Below, piece by piece: positions 27,832-37,843 of a stretch of DNA of 64,000 nucleotides. The notes under the pieces were generated by a model. The model was not told the origin of the DNA, ran no database searches, and saw only the letters and a program-made list of their open reading frames with translations. Location: positions 864,001 to 928,000 of the forward strand of contig JAWLHY010000003.1 of NCBI GenBank assembly GCA_041690135.1. Direction: 5' to 3'. The DNA is from Armatimonadota bacterium. Its GTDB lineage: Bacteria > Armatimonadota > SYMT01. The position numbers and the translations under genes were made by a program. Every line of letters starts with the position of its first letter. Position 1 is the first letter of the stretch.

Positions 27832-28545
27832 TTACTCACCGCCCGCGTTCAGTTGCCGAGCCAGCTCTGCTTCCAGGCGCGGCGCGTCTTCCTCCCGGAA
27901 GCCGAAGGTGGCGTAGGTGATCCGGCCGTCGCGTCCGATGACGTAGGTCCGGGGGATCAACTCCTCGGCGAAGAGGGAGTAAACCACGCGCTCCGGGTCG
28001 GGAGCCACGGGAAAGGTGTACCCGTGCTCCGTCACGTAGTCCTGCACGGTCTGCCGGGTCTCTTCCCGGCCGATCACGAGCAAGGCAAAGTCGTCCCGGG
28101 AGCCGTACTGTTTCCACAGCTTTTCGATGTGCGGGAGTTCGAGGCGGCATGGTCCGCACCAGGTGGCGAAGAAGTTTAGCAGGACGACCTTGCCGCGCAG
28201 CTCTTCCAGGGCAAACGTCTCGCCACGGTCTGTCTTGACGCGGAACGCCGGTGCCGGATCGCCCACCTTGACCCGAGATCCGGTCTCGCTCTCCTTCCGC
28301 CGCGCTTCGGCGGCCTGCTTCGATTGGCGGGCCAGGGCCGGCAGTTGCACCAGGAAGATAACCGCGTAGTTAGCGGCCCCCAGGGCCAGGAAGCCCGCGA
28401 GACAGGTGGCGGCCCGGAGCAGGGGCTGCTTGCGGTTCCCCCGGGCACGGCGCAGCGCCGCGACCGTGTAGTAGCCGGCGGCTAGCAAAGCGCCGAAGGA
28501 CGTCAGCAATAGTAGGTTGTTCAGCCACATATACGGTACGGTCAT
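27832..28545 (-). CDS. Membrane-anchored TlpA-like thiol-disulfide oxidoreductase
   Basis: VLLNFFATWCGPCRLELP; IPRTYVIGRDG; two N-terminal TM helices. Confidence 0.92.
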   Translation of the reverse strand: MTVPYMWLNNLLLLTSFGALLAAGYYTVAALRRARGNRKQPLLRAATCLAGFLALGAANYAVIFLVQLPALARQSKQAAEARRKESETGSRVKVGDPAPAFRVKTDRGETFALEELRGKVVLLNFFATWCGPCRLELPHIEKLWKQYGSRDDFALLVIGREETRQTVQDYVTEHGYTFPVAPDPERVVYSLFAEELIPRTYVIGRDGRITYATFGFREEDAPRLEAELARQLNAGGE

Positions 28546-28667
28546 CCGGCACCTCCGCCTGTCGCGATCTACGCAGGTTCATCGCACAGGCGTTGTTCGA
28601 GGTAGCGTTCCAGGGACCCTGCGTACCACTCGCGGTAGCTCTCGGTTCCCCCGAACGCCAGGTTCGC

Positions 28668-28886
28668 TCAAGCTATCTCGGCCGCGGACCAGACCAGCCC
28701 GCTGCCGTACCGGTCCCGGATGCCGTTGCTTTCGCGGAGCAGTTCCTGGAGTTCCGTGGGAAGCGCGAGCCGAAGGCATCGCTCGACGTGCGCCAACTGA
28801 TCGTCAACCGCCGGAGCAGTTCGTGTGTGGGGAGCGCCCCATACGTCAATCAGGCCCAACCAGGATGAAGCATTAAACGGCGGCAT
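28668..28886 (-). pseudogene. Truncated SMI1/KNR4 (SUKH) immunity-family gene
   Basis: QLAHVERCLRLALPTELQELLRESNG is the SUKH N-terminal motif; the ORF ends at 72 aa. Confidence 0.65.
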
Positions 28887-29049
28887 GGCTCTTCCTCATT
28901 GCGCGGGAGCCCCTCCGCGGTGAGGAGTTGCGTATTCCGTGAACGGTGGCTTCCCGCGTCCACGAGGACGCCCACGGCCAGCGAGGCGACTTCCAGTCCC
29001 TCGCGCGAAACGCCAGGCTTCCCGAAGTGAAGAATGGTCCTCACGCTCC

Positions 29050-29982
29050 TCACTTTCGGCCGGAATACACCAGAATCGCCGTCGGGACGGTAACTCCCGT
29101 GGCGAAATCGGAGCGTAGCGCCCCGCCCTCTTTCCACACCGCCTGGGTGCTGGCGCCGCCGTCGAGGGCCATGGCTTCGGCACAGGCGACCCGGTGATAC
29201 TTGCGGAAGTAGTCGGCCAGGAAGCGGGCGCAGTCCTCGAACTCCATCCCATCCGTGGTGCAGAGGACGAGGCGACCGGGCCGGTTGCCCTTGCCGGCGC
29301 TGTAGCCCAGAAAGGTGCGGGGGAGGGAGCCCGGGCTGGCCAGGCGCTCGCGCCTGGTCGCAATCTCGATCTTGCCGTTGTGGATGAGGCGGGGACCGCA
29401 CGCCAGGGCCTGGCGGACGTCCCACGGCTGGCTGCCGTCCTTGAACTGGGGCTCGGGGTGGGCGCGGAGCGTCTGCGGAGATCCGGGGCGGCTGGTGACC
29501 CACGCCATGCGGGGCCGTCCATTTGCGGTGAGGCCGAAGGCGGAGCGGGCGTAGGCGTGGCGCTCGGGTCGGGAGCGGTAGACGGGACCGGCGACCCGCA
29601 CGCGTCCGTCCAGCTTGAGCAGTCCCACGATCTCCTTATGCTCGGGGCCGACCGTCTTGCCGAAGAAACCGCCGTTGATTCCGGCCACGGCACCCCGGCT
29701 TTGCACCCACTCCTCCACGCTCAGCGACTTCCCGGTGATCAGGCGGTTACGGAAGGCAATGTCGTCGGCGGCCACTTCCACGCGGACTCCGGGATGGGCC
29801 AGGTCGACGTCGATGACGCGGACGGTGGCGAGCCCCTGCTGGAGTTGGCGCGTCGTGACGCCCGGCGCCACCGCTGTGGGGCGCACCGCGGTGGCCCGCA
29901 CGCTCTGCGCCACATAGAGCGGGCCGCCGACCGCGGCGGCCAGCCCCGTCAGCGCCAGCAGCCGGATGAACCCGCGCCGCAT
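29050..29982 (-). CDS. Phosphodiester glycosidase (NAGPA/DUF2233) family protein
   Basis: AGINGGFF, ARSAFG, ACGPRL, PRTFLG, AMALDGGAST. Confidence 0.9.
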   Translation of the reverse strand: MRRGFIRLLALTGLAAAVGGPLYVAQSVRATAVRPTAVAPGVTTRQLQQGLATVRVIDVDLAHPGVRVEVAADDIAFRNRLITGKSLSVEEWVQSRGAVAGINGGFFGKTVGPEHKEIVGLLKLDGRVRVAGPVYRSRPERHAYARSAFGLTANGRPRMAWVTSRPGSPQTLRAHPEPQFKDGSQPWDVRQALACGPRLIHNGKIEIATRRERLASPGSLPRTFLGYSAGKGNRPGRLVLCTTDGMEFEDCARFLADYFRKYHRVACAEAMALDGGASTQAVWKEGGALRSDFATGVTVPTAILVYSGRK

Positions 29983-30268
29983 CAAACTCGTTGTCCGCTG
30001 CCTGTGCACCCCTTCTCTCCCTGCTCCCCACTTATACGATTCCGATTGTCAGTTCGGCCCGCGCCGAACCACAGGTCTTTGGTTTTGACGGTCATACCCA
30101 CCTTCCCTGGGACGTAGTGGTCCGCTGGTCCCGGGGAATTCGGTCGGGCGTTCCCACGGTTCCGGTCGAAGGTCCCGGTTCGCTCGCCGGATGGAGAGGT
30201 ACACTGCAGGCAGGTGTACCTTTGGGCTGCCCCAAGGCGGTCCCGCTTCCGCACGGAAGGGACTCCCC

Positions 30269-32995
30269 ATGAACGACCTCATCGGGCTGGTTCTCGTGGT
30301 TCTGGTTGGGTTCGTTTTGCACTTCCGCTCCCGGCTGGGCGAAATGTCCGACCGTTTGGAGCGGTTGGAACAGCTGGAGCCGCTCATCGAGGCGCTCCGG
30401 ACGCGTCTCTCGCGACTGGAAGCCGGTCTCGCGCCACAGGCGGCCGCCGGGGCTGGCACCGCAGCGGCTCCGGTCGCTCCCGTGGCAGCCCGGCCTGTGT
30501 CTCCGGTACCGACGCCCTCTGTGGCAAGTAACCCGCCGGTTGCACCCAGCCTTGGGGAGTTCGTCCTTCCGGGTCAGGCGCGGTCCTGTCCCGAACCCAC
30601 GCCTGCTGCCGCGGCCCTCAATAGGGTTTCGATACCGCCAGCCGCCACTGCGTCCGGCATCCCGCCATCCGGTGCTCGGACGGAGAGCCCACGCGCGGCG
30701 ACCTCGGCGCCCGAACCCGCCCCGAACTGGGAGGAGCGGATTGGCGCGCAATGGCTTACCTGGCTGGGAGCGGTGACAGCGGCTATCGCCGTGGGATTGG
30801 GGCTCAAGCTGGCCTTCGACCTGGGTTACCTCGCCTGGGTCGTGCGGATGCCGCCCATCGCCTACCTCATCCTGGGTTGGCTCGCCGGCGCCGTGCTGGT
30901 CGGTTTCAGCGTCCGGGTCCGCACCTCCATGCCGTTCTACGCGCAGGGCCTGGCGGGCGGGGGTGTCGCCATCCTCTATCTCACTACTTACGCAGGTTAT
31001 GCGCTCTACGGTGTCCTCGCGGCCGGGACCGCCACCATGGGCCTCGCGCTGACCGGTGCCGCCGCGATTGGCCTGGCGCTGCTGCACCAGTCGGTCGTCA
31101 TCGGGTGGATCGGGGTGGTCCTGGCCTATGCCAGCCCCGTGTTGCTGGGTGGCGACGGCCGGTCTCCCGCGCCGCTGTTCCTCTATCTCACGGCCCTCAA
31201 CGCGGCGGTGCTTGGCATCAGCCTGCGGGAGCAGTGGCCCGCCTTCCGGTTGGGGAGCTTCCTCGCCACGGCCGGGCTCTACGGGGCGTGGCACCTGAAC
31301 CGGTACGACGTGCTGCTGATGCCGCCCGCGCTGACCTTCGTGGTCGTCAACTCCCTGATCTTCCTGGCGGCCTTGACTCTCTATCCCCTCGTGTGGGGTG
31401 AGCGGAGCCGGGAGTCGGACCTCGCGGTGGCGGTTCTGAACCCGCTGCTGACCGGCCTGGCCTGCTACTCCATCCTGTACTCACACTACCCCGGCTGGCT
31501 GGGTTGGACGACCCTCGCGTTTGCGGCGATCTACTGGCTGACCTCGCGGGCGCTCCGCTTGCGGCTGGCGACGGCGGAGGACGATCCGGATTACCTGGAA
31601 GAGCTCTTCTTCGCGACGGCGGTGGTCCTGGCGCTGCTGGCGGTGCCGCTGCACCTACAGGGACGGGTTATGACCGCAGCCTGGGCGCTGATGGGCACGG
31701 GACTCACCTGGGTGGGCTACCGAACCCAACCCGCACCGGTCCCGTGGAGCCGGACCCGTGCCTGGGGTGCCGTGGCACTGGCTCTATCTGTGGGCCGACT
31801 GCTGGGCGTGGACGTCAGGCGGGCGCCGCACGGCGCTCTGGCTTTCCTCAATGAGCGCGGTTTTTCTTTTGCCGTCGTACTGGCGGCGCTGGCGGTGGCT
31901 GGGGCCGTGGCTGCTCGGGAGGTGCGCGAGGCGGAGAGGACCGACAGGACCGCGGACCTGCCGCACGGGGTGCTCGCTCTGCTCGGTCTCGTCATCTGCG
32001 GGTTGCTTGACCTGTGGATGGCTCTTGATCTGTCCGAGGCCTGGACCCCGGTCGGATGGGCAGCCGTGGCGGGCCTGGCCCTGGGTTATGGATGGCACCT
32101 GCGGAACGCCGGGATGCGTCGGGTGGGGGACGGCGCTGCCTCGCTTCCGCTGCTGGCGCTGGCTTTTGAACCCGTGACCTATGCGCTATTGGAAACTGCC
32201 GCGGGGGCTCCGGTCAGCCCCTGGCCGGGCTGGTTGGCGGCCTTCTCCCTGGCCGTGGGGGCGGGGGTGGCCTACCATCGTCTCGGCGACGACGAAGCAG
32301 AAACGGCGGTTCCGGTCTATGCGGTGACGGCGGCCCTGCTGGGGATGGTGCGGGCGGTCCTGGCGCTAGGTCCGGGGTGGGTGCCCCTTCTCTGGCTCCT
32401 GGTGACGCTGGCCCTCCTGGGGTGCGGTGTCGCGGCGGCTCGTCCCTCCTTGCGTGGGCTTGCCCTCGTTGCGGGGATCGCCCTGACGGCGCGCATCCTC
32501 CTGTATGAATGGACTCCGGTTCCGGCCGACCGCTGGCTCCTCCACAGCCGTTCGGTGGCGGCACTGGCCGGGGTCGCGACGTGGGCGCTCTGCGCCCTCG
32601 CCTTCCGTCGCTACGGAAACGAGACGGAGCGGCAGCAGGTGCCGGTGTTTGTGGTAACGGCGAACCTGCTGGCCCTGGCGTGGCTCTGCACGGAGGCGAT
32701 GGAGGCGGCGGTCCGGTTCGGGCCTCCGGGTTGGGCTCGGGAGGGGGCCCAGTTCGCCCTTTCCGCCACCTGTGCGCTCTACGCCGCCGCGTTGATCGTG
32801 GTGGGTCTGCGGCGCGAGATTCCGGCGGCTCGGTGGGGCGGCATCGTGCTTCTCCTGCTGGCTGTGCTCAAGGTCTACCTGTTCGACCTCGGTTTCCTGG
32901 CGCTGGGTTACCGGGTAATGGCATTCCTCGTGATGGCAGTGGTGTTGCTGGGGATCAGCTATCTCTACCAGCGGCGGCTGCCTCGTTCTGGATAA
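30269..32995 (+). CDS. DUF2339 family multi-pass membrane protein
   Basis: NWEERIGAQWLTWLG N-terminal motif; KVYLFDLGFLALGYRVMAF...ISYLYQR C-terminal motif. Confidence 0.92.
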   Translation: MNDLIGLVLVVLVGFVLHFRSRLGEMSDRLERLEQLEPLIEALRTRLSRLEAGLAPQAAAGAGTAAAPVAPVAARPVSPVPTPSVASNPPVAPSLGEFVLPGQARSCPEPTPAAAALNRVSIPPAATASGIPPSGARTESPRAATSAPEPAPNWEERIGAQWLTWLGAVTAAIAVGLGLKLAFDLGYLAWVVRMPPIAYLILGWLAGAVLVGFSVRVRTSMPFYAQGLAGGGVAILYLTTYAGYALYGVLAAGTATMGLALTGAAAIGLALLHQSVVIGWIGVVLAYASPVLLGGDGRSPAPLFLYLTALNAAVLGISLREQWPAFRLGSFLATAGLYGAWHLNRYDVLLMPPALTFVVVNSLIFLAALTLYPLVWGERSRESDLAVAVLNPLLTGLACYSILYSHYPGWLGWTTLAFAAIYWLTSRALRLRLATAEDDPDYLEELFFATAVVLALLAVPLHLQGRVMTAAWALMGTGLTWVGYRTQPAPVPWSRTRAWGAVALALSVGRLLGVDVRRAPHGALAFLNERGFSFAVVLAALAVAGAVAAREVREAERTDRTADLPHGVLALLGLVICGLLDLWMALDLSEAWTPVGWAAVAGLALGYGWHLRNAGMRRVGDGAASLPLLALAFEPVTYALLETAAGAPVSPWPGWLAAFSLAVGAGVAYHRLGDDEAETAVPVYAVTAALLGMVRAVLALGPGWVPLLWLLVTLALLGCGVAAARPSLRGLALVAGIALTARILLYEWTPVPADRWLLHSRSVAALAGVATWALCALAFRRYGNETERQQVPVFVVTANLLALAWLCTEAMEAAVRFGPPGWAREGAQFALSATCALYAAALIVVGLRREIPAARWGGIVLLLLAVLKVYLFDLGFLALGYRVMAFLVMAVVLLGISYLYQRRLPRSG

Positions 32996-33521
32996 GGCGG
33001 GTCGCCTCCCGCAGATCGTTGGCCTGGAAATCCGCGTCGGTCGCACCCGGGCCGATGCGGACCGTCCGGCAGCCGGCCGCCTGCCCCGCGCGGACATCGC
33101 TCTCCTTGTCGCCGACCATCCAGCACTCCGGGAGGTCGAAGCCGAGCGTCTCCGCCGCCGAGTGCAGCATTCCGGGAGCGGGCTTCCGGTGGTCGCAGGC
33201 CGTCCGGAACCGGGGCTCGCTCCCCTCGGGGTGGTGCGGGCAGTAGTAGAGCGCGTCCAGCCGGATCCCTTCGTCCGCGAGTTGCGCAATGAGGCGGTCG
33301 TGTATCGCCTCCAGCGTCTCCAGGGAGAACTTGCCCCGCGCAATTCCGGATTGGTTCGTTACCACCACCAGCCGCCAGCCTTCGCTCTGGAGCAGCCGCA
33401 AGCCTTCCGCCACGCCGGGCAGCAACGCGATACGGTCCGGGTCGTCGGGGTAACCGGTGTCTTCGATCAGCACCCCGTCCCGGTCCAGGAATATGGCCCG
33501 TCGACCGTCGCGCTCCAGCAT
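32955..33521 (-). CDS. gmhB: HAD-IIIA phosphatase, D-glycero-D-manno-heptose-1,7-bisphosphate 7-phosphatase-like
   Basis: FLDRDGVL, VTNQSGIARG, YCPHHP, RKPAPGM, MVGDKESDV. Confidence 0.88.
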   Translation of the reverse strand: MLERDGRRAIFLDRDGVLIEDTGYPDDPDRIALLPGVAEGLRLLQSEGWRLVVVTNQSGIARGKFSLETLEAIHDRLIAQLADEGIRLDALYYCPHHPEGSEPRFRTACDHRKPAPGMLHSAAETLGFDLPECWMVGDKESDVRAGQAAGCRTVRIGPGATDADFQANDLREATRLIQNEAAAAGRDS

Positions 33522-33568
33522 CGGCCCGTGCCGGGCCGGACAGGGGGTGTGGGGTACAGAGCCTTCCA

Positions 33569-34315
33569 TTATGCCTGGATGAGCCGCCATGGTCGCCGCT
33601 TTCGCTCCAGGCGCTTGCGTACGTAGCCGGCCAGGGGAGCCGCCAGCAGGCATACCGGTAACCAGAAAAAGGTCAGTACGAGGGACATCGCCGTGAGCGA
33701 GTGGGTCGATCCATTGAGGAAGGCGGACATGAGACCGGAGATGGCCGCCATCGTTGCCACCCCGGCACAGCCGGCCAGTAAATGCCAGCGCCGGGTCAGT
33801 CCGCCGATGGCCGCGCCGACCACCAGGGGGAACAGCCCGCCGGCCACCCAGATCACCTGCGGGGTGGGGGCGACGCTTTCCCCGACCAGCGCGTGCAGGA
33901 CCAGCCAGACACACAGGGCAGGGGGAGCAGCGCAGACGATGCCGGTCCGGACGGCCTGGGCCATGCTCTCCTGCGGCTCGTGGCCCACATGCCACTCCTG
34001 GAGCCACTGCCGGGCCAGGACCGCCGGATTGCCGAATTGGGACAGGGCATAGCTGACGGCATCGTACTCACTGCCGTCCAACTCTCGCCGGGCCTCGGCG
34101 ATCGCCTCCACGTGCGCCCGGAGCTCAGCGCGCAGCTCGCGGCGCCGCTGATATGGCACGTGACCGACCAGCGGGGCACAGACGTGGTCGAGGTAATCCT
34201 CGATCCGGGGATCGGCTCCCGTCGGATGGACCGCTTCAGGCTGCGGGCTCGGCTCCAGGGAAGCCGGGGAGTAGCCTTCCGCGCTCCGGCACGTTGTCAG
34301 GTTCTGATTCGTCAT
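33569..34315 (-). CDS. Permease-prefix/HAAS domain membrane protein (PadR partner)
   Basis: IEDYLD...ELRAELRAHV...ALSQFGNP followed by 4 TM helices; downstream of padR. Confidence 0.8.
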   Translation of the reverse strand: MTNQNLTTCRSAEGYSPASLEPSPQPEAVHPTGADPRIEDYLDHVCAPLVGHVPYQRRRELRAELRAHVEAIAEARRELDGSEYDAVSYALSQFGNPAVLARQWLQEWHVGHEPQESMAQAVRTGIVCAAPPALCVWLVLHALVGESVAPTPQVIWVAGGLFPLVVGAAIGGLTRRWHLLAGCAGVATMAAISGLMSAFLNGSTHSLTAMSLVLTFFWLPVCLLAAPLAGYVRKRLERKRRPWRLIQA

Positions 34316-34646
34316 CTCCGTCTCCCGCGATCACGCGATGCACCGCGGAGCTGAACCGCTCCCAGGCGCGGGTCCGTTCTTCCAGGGCTCCATGGCCCGC
34401 CGGGGTGAGCAGGTAGACCCGTCGCTCGCGTCCCTGGTCGGTGCGGCGCCACTCGCCGGCAATCAGCCCCTGCTGCTCCAGCGCGTGGAGCGCCGGATAG
34501 AGAGTGCCTTCCTTGAACTTGAGCGTGTGGCCGCTTCGCCGCTCGATCTCGCGCGCGATGCCGTAGCCGTGGAGCGGACCGTCTCGCAAAACGGCCAGCA
34601 CCAGCGTGGGGGTATTCCCTTTCAGTAGCTCGCGATCGGTATCCAT
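34236..34646 (-). CDS. PadR family transcriptional regulator
   Basis: LLKGN..LVLAVL...HGYGI...EGTLYPALHALE...RRVYLLTPAG. Confidence 0.93.
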   Translation of the reverse strand: MDTDRELLKGNTPTLVLAVLRDGPLHGYGIAREIERRSGHTLKFKEGTLYPALHALEQQGLIAGEWRRTDQGRERRVYLLTPAGHGALEERTRAWERFSSAVHRVIAGDGDDESEPDNVPERGRLLPGFPGAEPAA

Positions 34647-34741
34647 GCGCCGGTCTGGTCTCCATCCCTCGGCTATTAATATATATCGGAATCCGAGGTA
34701 GCGTCCACCAGCCGGATTTTCCAACCGAGCCCCTCAGCAGT

Positions 34742-35911
34742 ATGATGGAAGAGAGACCGGAGAACCTGAAAGGCAGCATGTATTTCGATAACGCCGCAAC
34801 CAGCTTTCCGAAGCCGGAGACCGTCTACACGGAGGTAGACCGTTTCCTGCGCACTTCCGCGGCCAACCCGGGGAGGTCCGGCCATGGCATGGCGGTGGAA
34901 GCCGAGCGGGTGGTGGTCCGTACGCGCGCCCGCCTCGCCCGCCTGATCGGCGCGCCGCGACCGGACAACGTGGTCTTTACCCTTAACGCCACTCACGCCC
35001 TGAACCAGGCTTTGAAGGGCTGGCTGCGGCCGGGCGATACCGTTGTGACCACGGCCCTGGAACATAACTCCGTGGCCCGCCCGCTGCGGTCGCTGGAGCG
35101 CGCGGGCGTACGCCTGATCCGGGTACCCTGTCCCCAGGGGAAGTTCGATCTCGAAACCTTTCTGGAGGCCATTAGACCCGGAGTGCGGCTGGTCGCGATG
35201 ACGCACGCAAGCAACGTCACCGGGGAGATCCTGCCGGTGGAGGCGGTGGGCGCCTCCTGCCGGGAGCGCGGCGTGCGGCTTCTGGTCGACGCCGCCCAGA
35301 CCGCCGGGGCGCACCCGCTCCACGTGCGGGAGATGGGAATCGACCTGCTGGCGCTGCCGGGGCATAAGGGGCTTTTTGGGCCACCGGGTACCGGCGCTCT
35401 GTACGTGGCGGAAGGATTGGAGTTGGCCCCGTTGTGGGAAGGGGGAACGGGCAGCCGCTCGGAGTCCGATGCGCAGCCTGAAACAACACCGGACCGCTTC
35501 GAGAGCGGCACACAGAATACGGCAGGGCTTGCGGGCCTGGGGGCGGGTCTCGCGTGGATCGAGGAGACGGGGCTGGCGGCGATCCGCCAACGGGAAGAAA
35601 ACCGGGTTGCGCACCTGTGGGAGGGGCTCTCGCAATTGACCGCGGTGCGCCTGCTGGGGCCGCCTCCCGGCGCGGAGCGGGCGGCGGTGGTGAGCTTCAC
35701 CCTGGAAGGCTGGGAGCCGACGGACGTAGCGGCGGTGCTGGACCAGAGCTTCGAGATCCAGTGCCGGCCGGGTCTGCATTGCTCGCCCTGGGCGCATGAG
35801 AGCCTGGGAACGCTTCCGGGCGGAACCATTCGGCTCAGCCCGGGTTACTTTAATACGGAAGACGAAGTGGAAGCGGTGATCCGCGCGGTCGAAGCGCTTG
35901 GCGCTTCATAG
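34742..35911 (+). CDS. Aminotransferase class V / cysteine desulfurase family protein
   Basis: YFDNAATSFPKP, DAAQTAG, PGHKGL (PLP Lys), RPGLHC. Confidence 0.93.
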   Translation: MMEERPENLKGSMYFDNAATSFPKPETVYTEVDRFLRTSAANPGRSGHGMAVEAERVVVRTRARLARLIGAPRPDNVVFTLNATHALNQALKGWLRPGDTVVTTALEHNSVARPLRSLERAGVRLIRVPCPQGKFDLETFLEAIRPGVRLVAMTHASNVTGEILPVEAVGASCRERGVRLLVDAAQTAGAHPLHVREMGIDLLALPGHKGLFGPPGTGALYVAEGLELAPLWEGGTGSRSESDAQPETTPDRFESGTQNTAGLAGLGAGLAWIEETGLAAIRQREENRVAHLWEGLSQLTAVRLLGPPPGAERAAVVSFTLEGWEPTDVAAVLDQSFEIQCRPGLHCSPWAHESLGTLPGGTIRLSPGYFNTEDEVEAVIRAVEALGAS

Positions 35912-35920
35912 GGACAAACG

Positions 35921-37252
35921 ATGTGGAGAGAATTGCTGGGTCTGGAGAAGAAGCCGCAGAACCTGATGGAGTTGGTCACGCCGCGCCACTCCTTCGCGGA
36001 CGTGGTGCTGCCGGAAGAGACGCGGCAACAGCTCTACGAAGCGCTGACCCAGATCGATAAGCACCGGTTGATTTTCGGGCATTGGGGTCTGGGCGAGAAG
36101 CACCCGACGGCGCTGGGGCTCGCCTTCAACTTTGCCGGCCCCCCGGGCACGGGCAAAACCATTTGTGCCGAGGCGGTGGCTTTCGCGCTGGGGCGGAAAC
36201 TGCTGCGCGTGCGGTACTCGGAACTGGAGAGCTGCTGGGCGGGCGAGACCAGCAAGAACCTGCGCGCTGTCTTTCGCGACGCGCGCGCCCAGGGCGCCGT
36301 GCTGTTCTTCGACGAGGCGGACAGCGTGGCGACCCGTCGCTTCAGCAACGTCCAGAGTGGTTACGAGCGCGAGGCGAACCAGGCGGTGAACGTGCTCTTG
36401 ATGGAGCTGGAAGAGCATGACGGAGTGGTGATCTTCGCCACCAACATGGCCTCCAACTTCGATCCCGCGTTCGAGCGTCGCGTTCGGACGCACATCCTGT
36501 TCCGCGCTCCGAACGCGGACGAGCGGGAGCGAATCTGGAAGCTCCAGGTGCATCCGGAGAAAACGCCGCTCGGCTCGGACGTCAGCTTCCGGGAGCTGGC
36601 GGAGCGGTTCGAGGTGACCGGCGGCGACATCCGAAACGCCATCCTGAAGGCGGCCCAGATGGCCGCGGCCGAAGAAGGTCCGGACGAGACGAAGCGGATT
36701 CTGCAGAAGCACTTCGTCGCCGGCATCGAGCAGGTGCTCCGCGGCAAGCAGGTGATGCAGCAGAACGTCGCCGAGGGCGCCGCGGAAGAGCAGCTCTGGC
36801 GGCAGATGATCGAGTCCGCGGAGAAGCGCCTCGGCGCGCTCGACGGGGACCTTCAGGCCTGTCGCACCGAGCTGGCCCTGGTGGCGGAAGATCAGGAAGC
36901 GGCGACCCGCCGCGGCCTGGCGCTCGAAACGGAAGTCCGGACCATGTCCGAGGGGCTGGCGGCGCTTCGCGGCGACGTCGCGATCCAGGCCGAAAGTCTC
37001 CGGGGCGACGTAGCGGCTCTCCGCGAGAAGCTGGACCAGCAGGCCGTTAACCAGACCACCGCCCTGCAGCAGTGGCAAGGGGAGCGGGATACCGCGCTGC
37101 AGCGCCTTGAAGAGCGGTTGAAGGGCCAGGAAGAACAGCTCCGGAGCGCGACCCTGATCCCCTGGTCGCGCCCGGTGACCGTAACCGCACTCTCGCTGTT
37201 CGGCCTGCTGATGCTGGTCCTGGGTCTGCTGGGAGGCCGGCTGCTGGGTTAG
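35921..37252 (+). CDS. AAA ATPase with C-terminal coiled coil and TM anchor
   Basis: GPPGTGKT, LFFDEAD, FATN...DPAFERR; heptad-rich tail and terminal hydrophobic helix. Confidence 0.92.
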   Translation: MWRELLGLEKKPQNLMELVTPRHSFADVVLPEETRQQLYEALTQIDKHRLIFGHWGLGEKHPTALGLAFNFAGPPGTGKTICAEAVAFALGRKLLRVRYSELESCWAGETSKNLRAVFRDARAQGAVLFFDEADSVATRRFSNVQSGYEREANQAVNVLLMELEEHDGVVIFATNMASNFDPAFERRVRTHILFRAPNADERERIWKLQVHPEKTPLGSDVSFRELAERFEVTGGDIRNAILKAAQMAAAEEGPDETKRILQKHFVAGIEQVLRGKQVMQQNVAEGAAEEQLWRQMIESAEKRLGALDGDLQACRTELALVAEDQEAATRRGLALETEVRTMSEGLAALRGDVAIQAESLRGDVAALREKLDQQAVNQTTALQQWQGERDTALQRLEERLKGQEEQLRSATLIPWSRPVTVTALSLFGLLMLVLGLLGGRLLG

Positions 37253-37264
37253 AAAACCCGCTCT

Positions 37265-37546
37265 CTATTCGGCGCCGGTAAGCTGCGGCGCCGACACGGC
37301 ACCCAATCCGCGCGCGGTGAGCGCGTCTTCCAGGTGCGTCGTGGCGGCGCGCAGCAGGCTCAGGATCTCATCCGCCTGCAATGGGCCGCTGCGCTTCAGT
37401 CGCTTCTCGGATGCCGCCAGACAGAACAGCGCTTCCCGGATCGGATCCTCTTCACCCCGCGGTTTCCCGTGCCCGGAATGGGACCGGGTACCGGGAAGCG
37501 GGCGCTCCTGGGTCGAGGGGATGCTGGTGGTGATAGTTTCTGCCAT
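37265..37546 (-). CDS. Hypothetical protein
   Basis: Plausible short ORF filling the gap, helical C-terminal half. Confidence 0.55.
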   Translation of the reverse strand: MAETITTSIPSTQERPLPGTRSHSGHGKPRGEEDPIREALFCLAASEKRLKRSGPLQADEILSLLRAATTHLEDALTARGLGAVSAPQLTGAE

Positions 37547-37843
37547 AGGTGCGTGGGATACTCAAGGGGACGAACTGCGCGCCCCGTTACCGCCCGGTTG
37601 AAAGCGTACCGCCGGATAGTATATCACTGGTAGGGGCCGGTGTAGATGTCACCTTGAGGTAGCTCTTTCGGTGGATCAGCACTGCCCTTCTGCATGAGTT
37701 GTCGGTCCCGAGCCCATCAAAGACAAACGTGATTGGCCGCTGTTTTCCTCTCCCTGCGCATCACGCCGGTTACCGGCATCTACCGCAGGATCCATGAGAC
37801 AGTAGAAACAGCGGTCGGAGAAGGCAAGGGAGAGGGGAAGGGA

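Noticed and set aside
16000-29000. Integron cassette array or prophage
   Set aside because: No integron integrase, no convincing repeated attC sites by eye, and no phage structural genes.
33222-33231. CCCCTCGGGG match to the micro-insert core inside gmhB
   Set aside because: It encodes part of the conserved HHPEG motif and lacks the GTAAAC/GCAAGC tail, so it is a chance match.
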